Sequence record: MZ475892.1
Reading direction: 5' to 3' (one strand)
DNA length: 64,000 nt
In this document: positions 27,519-36,389 of the stretch, in pieces
How positions within the stretch are numbered: the stretch's first letter is position 1
How the letters are laid out: each line of letters begins with the position of its first letter
Notes under the pieces: model-generated
Told to the model about the DNA's origin: nothing
Databases searched by the model: none
Seen by the model: only the letters and a program-made list of their open reading frames with translations
Program-made: the position numbers and the translations under genes

Positions 27519-27822
27519 TGCGTTCTGGTCCTCTCCTGCTTCTGCGTTCGCACCCACTGTTGTAATCATCTCATGGTTTGTGTTCTGTGAGATTCGTGAA
27601 CGCCGTGCATTACGTGCAGCACAGCGCGTTGTAGCAAGCGGCTGGGAGCCTGTTGAACATGCCACGTATCAACACAAATGGCTGCCGTGGGTGAAGTGCT
27701 ATGTCATGTTCTATACTGTCAGTCTGAACGATAAGTTCATGCCTGCTGTGTACGTGCTAAGAGGCAAGCATAGCTCTGAAATCCCCATGCACAAATTCCA
27801 TTCTCGTTGGAGTTTAGTATGA
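27484..27822 (+). CDS. putative membrane protein
   Basis: Hydrophobic segment AFAPTVVIISWFVFC. Confidence 0.55.
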   Translation: MMENFLKYLWSDAFWSSPASAFAPTVVIISWFVFCEIRERRALRAAQRVVASGWEPVEHATYQHKWLPWVKCYVMFYTVSLNDKFMPAVYVLRGKHSSEIPMHKFHSRWSLV

Positions 27823-28136
27823 CACCCCTTATTATGTTTGACGCACGAACCATTCGCGTACTCAAGCAAAGTTTCGGTCAGGACAAACCTTTCGTTGTTG
27901 CTGGGCTGAACCCAATCGTTGGCAACAAAGGTGATCGTGTTACTCTCGCTAATGCCTGTAGCGTAGTCGCCATCCCTCGTGTGATGGGACTTGAAGTAGG
28001 TCAAGTGCTTTACGTAGGAACGGATGATGAAGTCTACGCATGGCCTTCTGATATGGTGATGGAATTTGCTTCTGTCTCTGATAACCAAACTCGGACCATT
28101 GCTTATGCATTGCGTCCAATACTCTCGGATGATTAA
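27819..28136 (+). CDS. hypothetical protein
   Basis: GGAG RBS before ATG 27819. Confidence 0.65.
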   Translation: MTPLIMFDARTIRVLKQSFGQDKPFVVAGLNPIVGNKGDRVTLANACSVVAIPRVMGLEVGQVLYVGTDDEVYAWPSDMVMEFASVSDNQTRTIAYALRPILSDD

Positions 28137-28138
28137 AA

Positions 28139-29239
28139 ATGACAGGTCCTCTCGATCTCACTAACCCACAGCACTTCGAACTGTACTCGCTGCACAGCGT
28201 TGATGCACAGTATATCAATCTGTGTGACGCACTCCTCACTCAGGGTACGCACGAATCTGACCCAGAGCGCACTACTGATACGTGGCATACGCTGATCGGT
28301 ATTGGCTTCCAGTTGTCTAACACCAACATCGCTTTCCCTGCGCTGCTGTCTAAGCGTGTCAACGTCCGTGCAGCTATCGATGAATCATGCTGGTTCGCAC
28401 GCGGTGAAACGAACATCGCAACTCTCGGTTCTAAAATCTGGAACGAGTGGGCAGACGAAGAAGGTGAGAACGGTCCTATCTACGGCTTCCAGTATCGAAA
28501 CTGGCCTGACATTAAAGTGTTCAACACTGTCGAAGGTATGATTGAGCAGCACATCCCACCAGCAATGATTGAGCGCATCTCGAAAGAGATCAACCGCATG
28601 AAGGCGCAGGGCTATATCGAAACTGCGTTGCCTGATGGTCGCGTGCTGTATGAAGGCTATATCGATCAGTACGCTGATGCACTACGTCAAATCATGGCGC
28701 GTAGTCGTAGCCGCCGCATTCGTGTGCAAGCGTTCAACCCTGGTTACGTTGGTATGCAGAGCCTGCCTCCGTGTCACACTGAGTTTGAGTTCAACGTGAC
28801 CAAAGCTACTGCGTATGAAATTGCGCAGATGGAAGCACGCTCAATGCGCCCTGACGCTGACTCACTGCATATCGTGGTGACCATGCGCTCAAACGACGCG
28901 CTCTTGGGCAGGCCATTCAACATCGTTGGCTACAGCGCCATGCACCAGTTGTTTGCGAAGTGGGCGGGTCTGAACGTTGGTTCGTTTACTCTGAATGTGA
29001 CCAATATGCACATGTACGATCACCACCGCGAAGCGTATGCACAACAGCGTGAGCAGTGGCTGGAACTACAGACGCAGATGCAGACGACAGGCAAACCTGT
29101 TGTTTACCCTACCCTCGAAATCACTGACGACATTCTGGGCCTGACGCCAGAAGAGCTGCTGGATAACGTCAACGTCGATTGGTTCGAGCTGGTGGACTAC
29201 TCTCCTAAACCTGCTGTTAAAGGACGCGTAACCAAATGA
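28139..29239 (+). CDS. thyA: thymidylate synthase
   Basis: GPIYGFQYRNW, SRR, LPPCH, MRSNDALLGRPFN (Asn, dUMP-type), HMYDHH. Confidence 0.93.
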   Translation: MTGPLDLTNPQHFELYSLHSVDAQYINLCDALLTQGTHESDPERTTDTWHTLIGIGFQLSNTNIAFPALLSKRVNVRAAIDESCWFARGETNIATLGSKIWNEWADEEGENGPIYGFQYRNWPDIKVFNTVEGMIEQHIPPAMIERISKEINRMKAQGYIETALPDGRVLYEGYIDQYADALRQIMARSRSRRIRVQAFNPGYVGMQSLPPCHTEFEFNVTKATAYEIAQMEARSMRPDADSLHIVVTMRSNDALLGRPFNIVGYSAMHQLFAKWAGLNVGSFTLNVTNMHMYDHHREAYAQQREQWLELQTQMQTTGKPVVYPTLEITDDILGLTPEELLDNVNVDWFELVDYSPKPAVKGRVTK

Positions 29240-29898
29240 TGCTAATCAGCCGCATTGCTGCATTCCTGTATGTTGGGTATGCAGAGTCAGTGGAAGACAT
29301 TCCACGTTTGCTCGTCGAAAAAGTTAAGGTGCGCATCGAAGATCCCGATTGGGACCCGTTTGATGACGTTACCGTCGAAGATGCACCGCCTATTCTCGAA
29401 ATGACAGGCAAGGTCATCTATCATCTGCCTCTTAACTGCTTCCTGATCGACGGTCGCATGGAGCAGGACGAATCGTCCGAAGATACTCTCAAGATGCAGA
29501 AGCATTGTCAGACCAACTTCTTCAAGCACAAGCAGACGCGTAATGGCCGTGTAGGCATTGCCGTGGACAGCATGATCAGAGAACTGTCTTATGCAGAGGC
29601 ACAGCACCCTAACTGGCCTACTGAGCCTCTGCACGCTGGTGCTATCCTTGCAGAAGAAGCTGGTGAGTGTCTGCGTGATTGCGTGTCATACGATGAAACA
29701 GGGCGTGAAGATCTGCTTGCATCTATGGCAGAAGAAGCGGTGCAGACAGGCGCTATGGCGATTCGTTTTCTGATCAATGCGCATCGCTCTAAAGAGCGCA
29801 CGCTGCCTCGCTCTACAGTCCGTGACCTGCTGTCAGACACATCCATTCCTCTGGCTGAGCGTGTTGCTAAACTTCTTGATGTGGTGGACGCTAAATGA
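29236..29898 (+). CDS. protein with C-terminal MazG-like nucleotide pyrophosphohydrolase domain
   Basis: ILAEEAGEC...EEAVQTGAMAIRFL (EExxE / ExxQ pattern). Confidence 0.65.
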   Translation: MMLISRIAAFLYVGYAESVEDIPRLLVEKVKVRIEDPDWDPFDDVTVEDAPPILEMTGKVIYHLPLNCFLIDGRMEQDESSEDTLKMQKHCQTNFFKHKQTRNGRVGIAVDSMIRELSYAEAQHPNWPTEPLHAGAILAEEAGECLRDCVSYDETGREDLLASMAEEAVQTGAMAIRFLINAHRSKERTLPRSTVRDLLSDTSIPLAERVAKLLDVVDAK

Positions 29899-30806
29899 AA
29901 CTACTTGCACTTATTCCAGCTGCTACCACCAATGTTTTCCGCACGCTGCATTGTGTAGGCACGGCAGAAGAGTTCCCTGTAGGCGAGCATCCTAAGTGGT
30001 CTGGCTTTGGTTTGAATATGACTAACGTCAAAATCATTCCTGACCTGGCTAAAGACGCCGTGCCTGATTCGTTCTATGTTACTATCGATAGCCACCTCGA
30101 CTGGTCTGTTGATCTTGACCGTATCGATACGTTCAGCGCTGATTATCTCATCTGGTGCGGTAAGCATACGCCTTCAATTGAAGCTGTGCTCGAAGCCCAC
30201 ATGATTAAAGGCCAGCTGCCGAATCTGGTGCAGGACTTCGATGCTTTTGTCGCTGATCTGCAAGAGCGTCTGGACAACATGACCAGCCTAGCCAAAGATC
30301 GTATGACCATCTCAGGCAGCACGCTGATCGATAGCGACACCACAGCCAAATACAACTTGTGGGCTATCTATCGTCACTGTCTGATGTTAGACAACAAGAT
30401 GGTCCTGCTGTACGGTAAAGACAATCACATCCATGTGTCCGACACGCACGTATCTGAAAAGGGTATCGGCTGGTGGTTGACCGAGCACAACAAACACATG
30501 ATGAGCATTGCACAGCAAAACGATCTGCTGGCCGCTTACATTACGTTTGAGCGCGATAGCTCTGGCTATACGTTTGTTGGTGCTGACGGTACTCAGGTTA
30601 AACGTCCTGTCGAGAGCAGCGAGTTCATGCACATGGCGCATCACGGCCTGTTCCCTAAAGTGGTAGTGCGTGAAGACGCAGACGGCCGTAACTTTGAACT
30701 GTCGTTTGATTACGCCGAATACTTCCCGCAAGCGTATCACGATTTCGTCAATCATGCGTGGGCCGGCCGTTCTGATCGTTCACGCGATTTGGTTCGCTTC
30801 GTCTGA
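29895..30806 (+). CDS. hypothetical protein
   Basis: 303 aa, ATGA overlap. Confidence 0.8.
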   Translation: MKLLALIPAATTNVFRTLHCVGTAEEFPVGEHPKWSGFGLNMTNVKIIPDLAKDAVPDSFYVTIDSHLDWSVDLDRIDTFSADYLIWCGKHTPSIEAVLEAHMIKGQLPNLVQDFDAFVADLQERLDNMTSLAKDRMTISGSTLIDSDTTAKYNLWAIYRHCLMLDNKMVLLYGKDNHIHVSDTHVSEKGIGWWLTEHNKHMMSIAQQNDLLAAYITFERDSSGYTFVGADGTQVKRPVESSEFMHMAHHGLFPKVVVREDADGRNFELSFDYAEYFPQAYHDFVNHAWAGRSDRSRDLVRFV

Positions 30807-30828
30807 TCGTTGCGCTGTCTGCTGTCAG

Positions 30829-30834
30829 TAATTT
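30829..30834 (+). promoter_or_regulatory. TAATTT candidate late promoter element
   Basis: Intergenic, about 24 nt before ATG 30858. Confidence 0.5.
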
Positions 30835-30857
30835 GAAGCTACTATAGGAGACAGCGC

Positions 30858-31196
30858 ATGAAATATGATAAGACCAAAGACTACCAACCGTTCAAGTATC
30901 TTGAGCCGGACCCAAAGGCTCCAAGAGTAGGCTTCTACGGTTCGACTGGCCACACTGTCACAAAGGACGTTCTGATAGGGCAGGACGTATGCGAGTTTGA
31001 GTTCAAGCCTGAAGAGTTGAACAATATGAATCGCGGTACGCTGCTCTTCCGTGCTAAAGATAGTGGCGGAACTATTGTCGTAAAGAAATGCTCTGTGCTT
31101 GGATTGAAAATGGTAATTACGCTAGAGAGAAGGGTGATTCAGTTCGGCAAGGTTCAAGCTGAATGGATGACCACATCCCGACTGTATAACTACTAA
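30858..31196 (+). CDS. hypothetical protein
   Basis: 112 aa, AGGAG RBS. Confidence 0.75.
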   Translation: MKYDKTKDYQPFKYLEPDPKAPRVGFYGSTGHTVTKDVLIGQDVCEFEFKPEELNNMNRGTLLFRAKDSGGTIVVKKCSVLGLKMVITLERRVIQFGKVQAEWMTTSRLYNY

Positions 31197-31204
31197 CTGT
31201 AAAT
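31197..31204 (+). promoter_or_regulatory. CTGTAAAT candidate phage promoter
   Basis: Intergenic, about 35 nt before ATG 31239. Confidence 0.65.
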
Positions 31205-31238
31205 ACATTGTACAGAAGCAACTACAAGAGAAAAGAGA

Positions 31239-31937
31239 ATGGCAAAAATTGCTAAAGCAAAGGAAGGGAAAAAGAAAAGCAACCCTATGTTGATTGACCT
31301 GAAAAAGTTCAAGTCAGTTAAACAGCTTAAGGGTGCGAAGTACAACCCTCGTTTCATTACAGACAGCCGACTGAGAGCGCTCGAAGGTTCTTTGGGCAGC
31401 TTCGGTGATTTGTCTGGCGTGGTGTTCAACAACAGCGTAGACAGTGGCGTATTGATCTCAGGCCACCAGCGTCTCAAGTCGATTGAGAAGTGGGACTCGC
31501 GCATTGAGATTCAACAAACGTCTGACAAGTACGGCACGGTAGCGTTGGGTTATATCCATGCTACCAGCGCCAAAGGTAAAACGATCAGCATCCCACTGCG
31601 TATCGTTAACTGGTCAGATAAGAAAGTGGAGTTTGCTGCTAACATTGCTGCGAATGCCCACGGCGGTGAGTTCGATAACAAAAAGCTCGCGTCTCTTGTT
31701 GAGAAGCTGGACCTGACTACAATCAAGCCAGCTCTTATCGGGCTTGACCCGTTAGAGATTCGCGGCCTGCAACAGACGCTGAGCAAACAAGCTATCGTCG
31801 AGCAGGAAAAGCGTGTTGGTAAAACAACAGGCAAAATGAACGGCAGTACTGGCGAGTTCAAAGAGTACACGACTGATGAAGTTGGTACTGCGCTGACCTG
31901 CACCTGCCCACGTTGTGGCTTTAAGTTCGAGGGATAA
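31239..31937 (+). CDS. ParB/Srx-like nuclease domain protein with C-terminal Zn ribbon
   Basis: YNPRFI...GSFG...LISGHQRL; CPRCG at C-terminus. Confidence 0.8.
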   Translation: MAKIAKAKEGKKKSNPMLIDLKKFKSVKQLKGAKYNPRFITDSRLRALEGSLGSFGDLSGVVFNNSVDSGVLISGHQRLKSIEKWDSRIEIQQTSDKYGTVALGYIHATSAKGKTISIPLRIVNWSDKKVEFAANIAANAHGGEFDNKKLASLVEKLDLTTIKPALIGLDPLEIRGLQQTLSKQAIVEQEKRVGKTTGKMNGSTGEFKEYTTDEVGTALTCTCPRCGFKFEG

Positions 31938-31938
31938 C

Positions 31939-34074
31939 ATGATCATCAAGCCGCCTACAATGAAAGAGATTAATAAGCTGCCCAAGCCTTGGTCAGGTAT
32001 GAGTTTCTTTGCAGGTTGCGGTGGTTCATCTACCGGTCACAAGATGGCCGGTATTAACATCCTACTGAGCAACGAGTTCGTGGACGCGGCTCGTGAATCG
32101 TATGAAGCGAACCATCCAACAACCAAAGTGTTGCCCCACGATATTCGTCGTCTTGACCCGAAAAAGCTGCTTAGCTATTGCGGCCTGAGTCAGGGCGAAC
32201 TGGACTTGCTCGACGGCAGTCCTCCGTGCTTCACCGAAGACACGTTCATTCATACCGACACTGGTATGAAGTTCATCACTGATATGCGCATCGGTGACTT
32301 CGCTATGACCTCTGTTGGTAAGTATCATCCAGTGTATGACACGATGGTACGTCCGTATGACGGTCAGATGCACAGAATTGAAACGCTGCTTGGTCAGAAC
32401 AATGCAACGCCTGAACATCCGTTCTTTGTTCGTCGTCAGAATGAAGAAACTGGCGGGTACAGTGAGCCGTTCTGGTGTGACGCTAAAGATGTGCAGGAAG
32501 GTGACCTGTTAGGTACGCCTCGTGTTACGCCTGATATGGGCGAAGCACACACGCATGAGATTATCTCGTCGTTGACTGCGCAGCTTGTGCGTTGGATTGC
32601 ATTGCCTGAGTTCTGGTGGCTGATTGGTCACTGGTGCAATCGCGGTGCAATCGATAAGATTCGTGGTGTCGATGTTATTCAATTCACCTCGATGACAGCG
32701 ATGGAAAACTCGCTGGTGGAACAAGCGTTCGACGTGCTCAAGTTAAGCAGCATCAACAGCGCTTCGTCCGACATGGGCGTTCATCGTAAGACCGTTCGTG
32801 TTGTTATGGACACAGACCTGTTGCTGTTCTTGCGTATGTTTATCGCGCAGGGCAAGAAGTCTATGTCCCGCCGTCTGCCTGGCATGATCTTCCATCTGGC
32901 TAAAGAGCTGAAACAGCAATTCATTCTCGGCTATCTGGGTCGTGATTACGTCACAGCAATGGGCGTTGGTCATGCGTTAGAGGCTGACTCAAAGCGCTTC
33001 CTAGTTGAGATGAATTACCTGTGCTGCTCTGCGTTCAACAGACCGCTGTTCGATGCAATGTTGTTCACTGACTTGCATTACGGTAGTCCGATGTTACCAC
33101 CGAGTCGCTTCATTACCAAAGAGCACATCGGCTTCCTGTTCTTGCAAGAAGAGGTTAATTTCTTCTTTGAGTTCGAGCCGGAAGACCCGCATCTGTGGGT
33201 TGAAGTGATTGAGAACTTTACGCATCATGAAACGTGCAACGTCTATAACTTCTCAGTCAGTGTTGATGAGACGTATGTTGCTAACGGCATGGTCGTGCAT
33301 AACTGCAAAGGGTTCTCGACTGCTGGCGTGAAAGAAGACGGCTGGGGCAAAGAGGTTAAGTACAGCGGCAACAAGTATCAGCAAGTCGATGACCTGTTCG
33401 ATCAGTATTGCCGTATGCTCAAGCACATGCAGCCTAAAACGTTCACTGCGGAAAACGTTAGTGGCCTCGTTAAAGGTGCGTCGAAGGGTTACTTCATTGA
33501 AATCATGAAGACCTTTGATCAGCTGGGCTACTATGTGCGAGCGCCGTTGCTTAATGCTGCGTGGCTTGGTGTGCCTCAGTCTCGTGAGCGTATCATCTTT
33601 ATGGGTGTGCGCAAAGACGTGGCGAAAGCACTCGGCTATAAAACTGCGTTGACTGCTGTGCCTGATGTAACACCTCAATCAAGCATGGCGTTCCTTGCAG
33701 ATGCATTGCCGAACATTCGTCGTTATAAAGGTACGGAGCGTGACATTATCAAGTATCTGCCTGCTGTTAACGGCCCGATGCCTACGATTACCGCTGCTGA
33801 TGCTATCGCATACGAAACAGCACGCTTCTCCTCTGCTGGCTTCATTGAAGACGACAAAGGGCACAGACGCAAGCTGACGATTGACGAACTCAAAGTTGTG
33901 TCAGGCATGCCTAGTGATTACGTGCTCACAGGTAAGTTTGAAGAACAATGGGAACGTCTCGGTCGTGTGTGCGTACCTGCAATGACGTGTGCTGCGGCAA
34001 GCGCGTTGATACGCCATGTGCTTGAGCCTTACGCGAAGCTGCGTAAAAAGAAACCTGGGGATCGTTTTCGTTAA
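31939..34074 (+). CDS. C5-cytosine methyltransferase family enzyme with intein; probable carboxymethyltransferase
   Basis: FFAGCGG (I), DIRRL, GSPP|C (IV), ENVSG (VI), QSRER (VIII), RKLTIDE (IX), ERLGRVCVP (X with Arg for Asn); GAGGGA RBS. Confidence 0.9.
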   Translation: MIIKPPTMKEINKLPKPWSGMSFFAGCGGSSTGHKMAGINILLSNEFVDAARESYEANHPTTKVLPHDIRRLDPKKLLSYCGLSQGELDLLDGSPPCFTEDTFIHTDTGMKFITDMRIGDFAMTSVGKYHPVYDTMVRPYDGQMHRIETLLGQNNATPEHPFFVRRQNEETGGYSEPFWCDAKDVQEGDLLGTPRVTPDMGEAHTHEIISSLTAQLVRWIALPEFWWLIGHWCNRGAIDKIRGVDVIQFTSMTAMENSLVEQAFDVLKLSSINSASSDMGVHRKTVRVVMDTDLLLFLRMFIAQGKKSMSRRLPGMIFHLAKELKQQFILGYLGRDYVTAMGVGHALEADSKRFLVEMNYLCCSAFNRPLFDAMLFTDLHYGSPMLPPSRFITKEHIGFLFLQEEVNFFFEFEPEDPHLWVEVIENFTHHETCNVYNFSVSVDETYVANGMVVHNCKGFSTAGVKEDGWGKEVKYSGNKYQQVDDLFDQYCRMLKHMQPKTFTAENVSGLVKGASKGYFIEIMKTFDQLGYYVRAPLLNAAWLGVPQSRERIIFMGVRKDVAKALGYKTALTAVPDVTPQSSMAFLADALPNIRRYKGTERDIIKYLPAVNGPMPTITAADAIAYETARFSSAGFIEDDKGHRRKLTIDELKVVSGMPSDYVLTGKFEEQWERLGRVCVPAMTCAAASALIRHVLEPYAKLRKKKPGDRFR
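32227..33303 (+). mobile_element. intein (359 aa) with degenerate LAGLIDADG region
   Basis: CFTEDT start, ATPEHPF block B, VVHN end, Cys +1 is the catalytic Cys; LIGHWCNRG and FILGYLGRD remnants. Confidence 0.92.
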
Positions 34075-34083
34075 GGAGCAGTT

Positions 34084-34167
34084 ATGTTGTGGGTCGGGTT
34101 TATTTTAGGTTTTATGCTCGGCACACTGCTAACGTTGCTGCTGCCTATCCCTTACTTGTCATGGTGA
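34084..34167 (+). CDS. 27-aa hydrophobic peptide
   Basis: AAGGAG RBS; MLWVGFILGFMLGTLLTLLLPIPYLSW. Confidence 0.55.
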   Translation: MLWVGFILGFMLGTLLTLLLPIPYLSW

Positions 34168-34237
34168 CAATCTGTGTATTATCTCCGAAGCCTGTCACAT
34201 TTGAAGGTGGGCATGTCGTCCACTAGGAGATAGTATT

Positions 34238-34408
34238 ATGACAAACGTAAACACAAACGAAATCGAAACCCCTTGGTACGAAGCAGACGATGAGCAGCTA
34301 ACCGCAGAGCACATTGCAATCATTCAGCAAAAGGCTAATGCTGATGCGATAGCTCGCGGAAAGCCGTTGCCAGATGCGGATGACCCGAGCTGGATTCGTC
34401 TGTTCTAA
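34238..34408 (+). CDS. 56-aa hypothetical protein
   Basis: AGGAG RBS; MTNVNTNEIETPWYEADD...WIRLF. Confidence 0.65.
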   Translation: MTNVNTNEIETPWYEADDEQLTAEHIAIIQQKANADAIARGKPLPDADDPSWIRLF

Positions 34409-34445
34409 AATAAACTTGGGACAAGGATGTCCTTTGGAGAATGCC

Positions 34446-34580
34446 ATGAACGATCCCGTTGTTCTTTGGTCTATTATCGGTGTGCTGTTGTTTCTGCTTG
34501 CGTGCGGTGGTGCGTTCATCTATTTCTTGCTGCGCACTGTATCGGAGACAATCTTCCGGAGTCTCTGGGGTGGACACTAG
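34446..34580 (+). CDS. small single-TM protein
   Basis: GGAG RBS; MNDPVVLWSIIGVLLFLLACGGAFIYFLL. Confidence 0.55.
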   Translation: MNDPVVLWSIIGVLLFLLACGGAFIYFLLRTVSETIFRSLWGGH

Positions 34581-34745
34581 ACTTCGTGTGGGTCTAGCCT
34601 TCATCATTACAGGGGCACTCACATTCATGTCCTGTAGATCACTGGATATGTTATTTGATGATGCCTTACCAATATCTTTAGTGTTCGGCACTCTTGTCGC
34701 ACTGCATGAGTTTCATTATCTCATGTCAATGAGGGATTTTGAAAA

Positions 34746-34982
34746 TTGAAAATACCTAAAAAGTGGCGAACGGCTTCGAACTCGTTGGCGCACACTGTTG
34801 AGATTATTAACGATAATGCGCAACTCGTTGTCGTGTATAAAGTGTGGTACGCTAGGCGCAAACGTTGGGAGTATTGTGCTGAGCCTATCGAAGTCGTCTT
34901 GTATATCATTAAGGACCTGCATTTTGGCGGGTCTCTTGCCGAACTCCGAGCAATTAAAGCCAGTCGAAAAAACAGCAACTGA
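34746..34982 (+). CDS. hypothetical protein
   Basis: 78 aa, TTG start, GAGGGA upstream. Confidence 0.5.
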   Translation: MKIPKKWRTASNSLAHTVEIINDNAQLVVVYKVWYARRKRWEYCAEPIEVVLYIIKDLHFGGSLAELRAIKASRKNSN

Positions 34983-35101
34983 AATACTACACAGGCAAAC
35001 CGAATGTGTCTTGGCCCGACCAAGACGAAACCGCCGAGTAATCGGCACTCATGGTGTGAGACACACAAGTGAACTCACCCTCTACCTAAAAGGTATGTAA
35101 T

Positions 35102-35968
35102 ATGACTAAGCAACACACTAACTACAGCTCCGCATTCGCTATCAATGAAATGGCCGTGCTGTCTTTTGATAGCTTCGGTTCGGATAAGCTGTACGGCGTT
35201 GTATCAGGCGTTATGTTCTACGGCCCACAACGTATGTATCGCGTCAGTATATTCGCCAACGACGGTCCTGAGTCGGCGCCTACTGCGTTCCTGCATGAAG
35301 GTCGTCCTATCGATGGATTCATTGCAGATGACCTGCTGCCTGTAACTGACCAGTACGTCCCTCATATCGGTCATGTTGGTCGCTACGAATCAACTGACCA
35401 CAAGACGTTTGGTGACTCACCATTCACTAGTGGTCAATTGGTTGAAATCAAGATCAAAGATATTGCCGACAGCTTTAACGTGCCTGTTCTCATCACAGGC
35501 GTCACTTACGTTGAAGGTAAGATCATGTACGATGTGAGCATCGAGCGCGCCTACTACAGTGATGGTCGTGTTAACGGTGGTCGTCTGGTGCGTGATACTC
35601 TTACCGGCATTGATGGTATCTTCATCAAACCTGTTGGTGGCTGGCCAGAAGAAGGCGATGACATTAGTGAGTATGCGCTGGAGATTGGCGTTGAAGACAG
35701 CGCTGTGCCTATCTCAAACGATATTTTTGACGCGGCGTATGATGCGCATCTCTTAGGCGTTCAGTGTGGTGAGCTGAATAAGCACGCTGCCCGCAATTTC
35801 TTAGGCGCTTACATCAACGCTGAGAATGCGCGTGTGGAAAAGTATCTCGGTGCACGTACGGGTCGCTGGGACACAAGCAAACTGAATGAAAGCTCCAAAC
35901 CTCGTTCAGTATCAGACATTGATACGTCGAAGATCTCCCAAGTTCAGCCTTGGCCAAAAGATGAATAA
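35102..35968 (+). CDS. hypothetical protein
   Basis: 288 aa followed by terminator. Confidence 0.8.
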   Translation: MTKQHTNYSSAFAINEMAVLSFDSFGSDKLYGVVSGVMFYGPQRMYRVSIFANDGPESAPTAFLHEGRPIDGFIADDLLPVTDQYVPHIGHVGRYESTDHKTFGDSPFTSGQLVEIKIKDIADSFNVPVLITGVTYVEGKIMYDVSIERAYYSDGRVNGGRLVRDTLTGIDGIFIKPVGGWPEEGDDISEYALEIGVEDSAVPISNDIFDAAYDAHLLGVQCGELNKHAARNFLGAYINAENARVEKYLGARTGRWDTSKLNESSKPRSVSDIDTSKISQVQPWPKDE

Positions 35969-35974
35969 ATAACT

Positions 35975-36000
35975 AAAGGGTGGCTTCGGCTGCCCTTTTT
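35975..36000 (+). terminator. intrinsic terminator (copy 2, identical to 19117-19142)
   Basis: AAAGGGTGGC-TTCG-GCTGCCCTTTTT. Confidence 0.9.
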
Positions 36001-36004
36001 AGAT

Positions 36005-36012
36005 CTGTAAAC
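36005..36012 (+). promoter_or_regulatory. CTGTAAAC variant promoter motif
   Basis: Intergenic after terminator, about 24 nt before ATG 36036. Confidence 0.65.
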
Positions 36013-36035
36013 AACTTATACAAGAGGAGCATACA

Positions 36036-36389
36036 ATGAAAGACTATGTTATGAAGCGCCTTGCGGAAGACAATATCGATCCTGAAAACAAGGATATGAT
36101 TATGAGCCGCATCCGCGATATTATGGGAGGTGTGTTGCGTGCGCAGCCTACCTTGCCTCATATGTTCGGGGCACTGGAACACTCACGCGTACCGTCACTG
36201 TTTGATGCAATGGTTGTCTGCGATCACACGAACAACTCTGAGGAGGATATTGCAAACAACATCCTTAACGTTTCTATTCTCCCTCGCACTCCAGTACAAC
36301 AAATTTATTTCAACATCGATCCTGGGAGCAAAGAAGATGCGTCTTTTATTTCAAAGACTGTTAAAGTTTCTAAGTCTGAGCAGCAATAA
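36036..36389 (+). CDS. hypothetical protein
   Basis: 117 aa, GAGGAG RBS. Confidence 0.75.
   Translation: MKDYVMKRLAEDNIDPENKDMIMSRIRDIMGGVLRAQPTLPHMFGALEHSRVPSLFDAMVVCDHTNNSEEDIANNILNVSILPRTPVQQIYFNIDPGSKEDASFISKTVKVSKSEQQ

Noticed and set aside
28139-29239. ThyA homologue as a dCMP hydroxymethylase feeding T4-like glucosyl-hmC with the glycosyltransferase
   Set aside because: The specificity residue is Asn (LLGRPFN), the dUMP type, not the Asp of dCMP hydroxymethylases; with dCMP deaminase nearby it fits ordinary dTMP supply.
31193-31504. 103-aa minus-strand ORF opposite the ParB-like gene
   Set aside because: Antisense shadow of a well-supported gene; its hydrophobic look derives from Lys-rich codons on the + strand.
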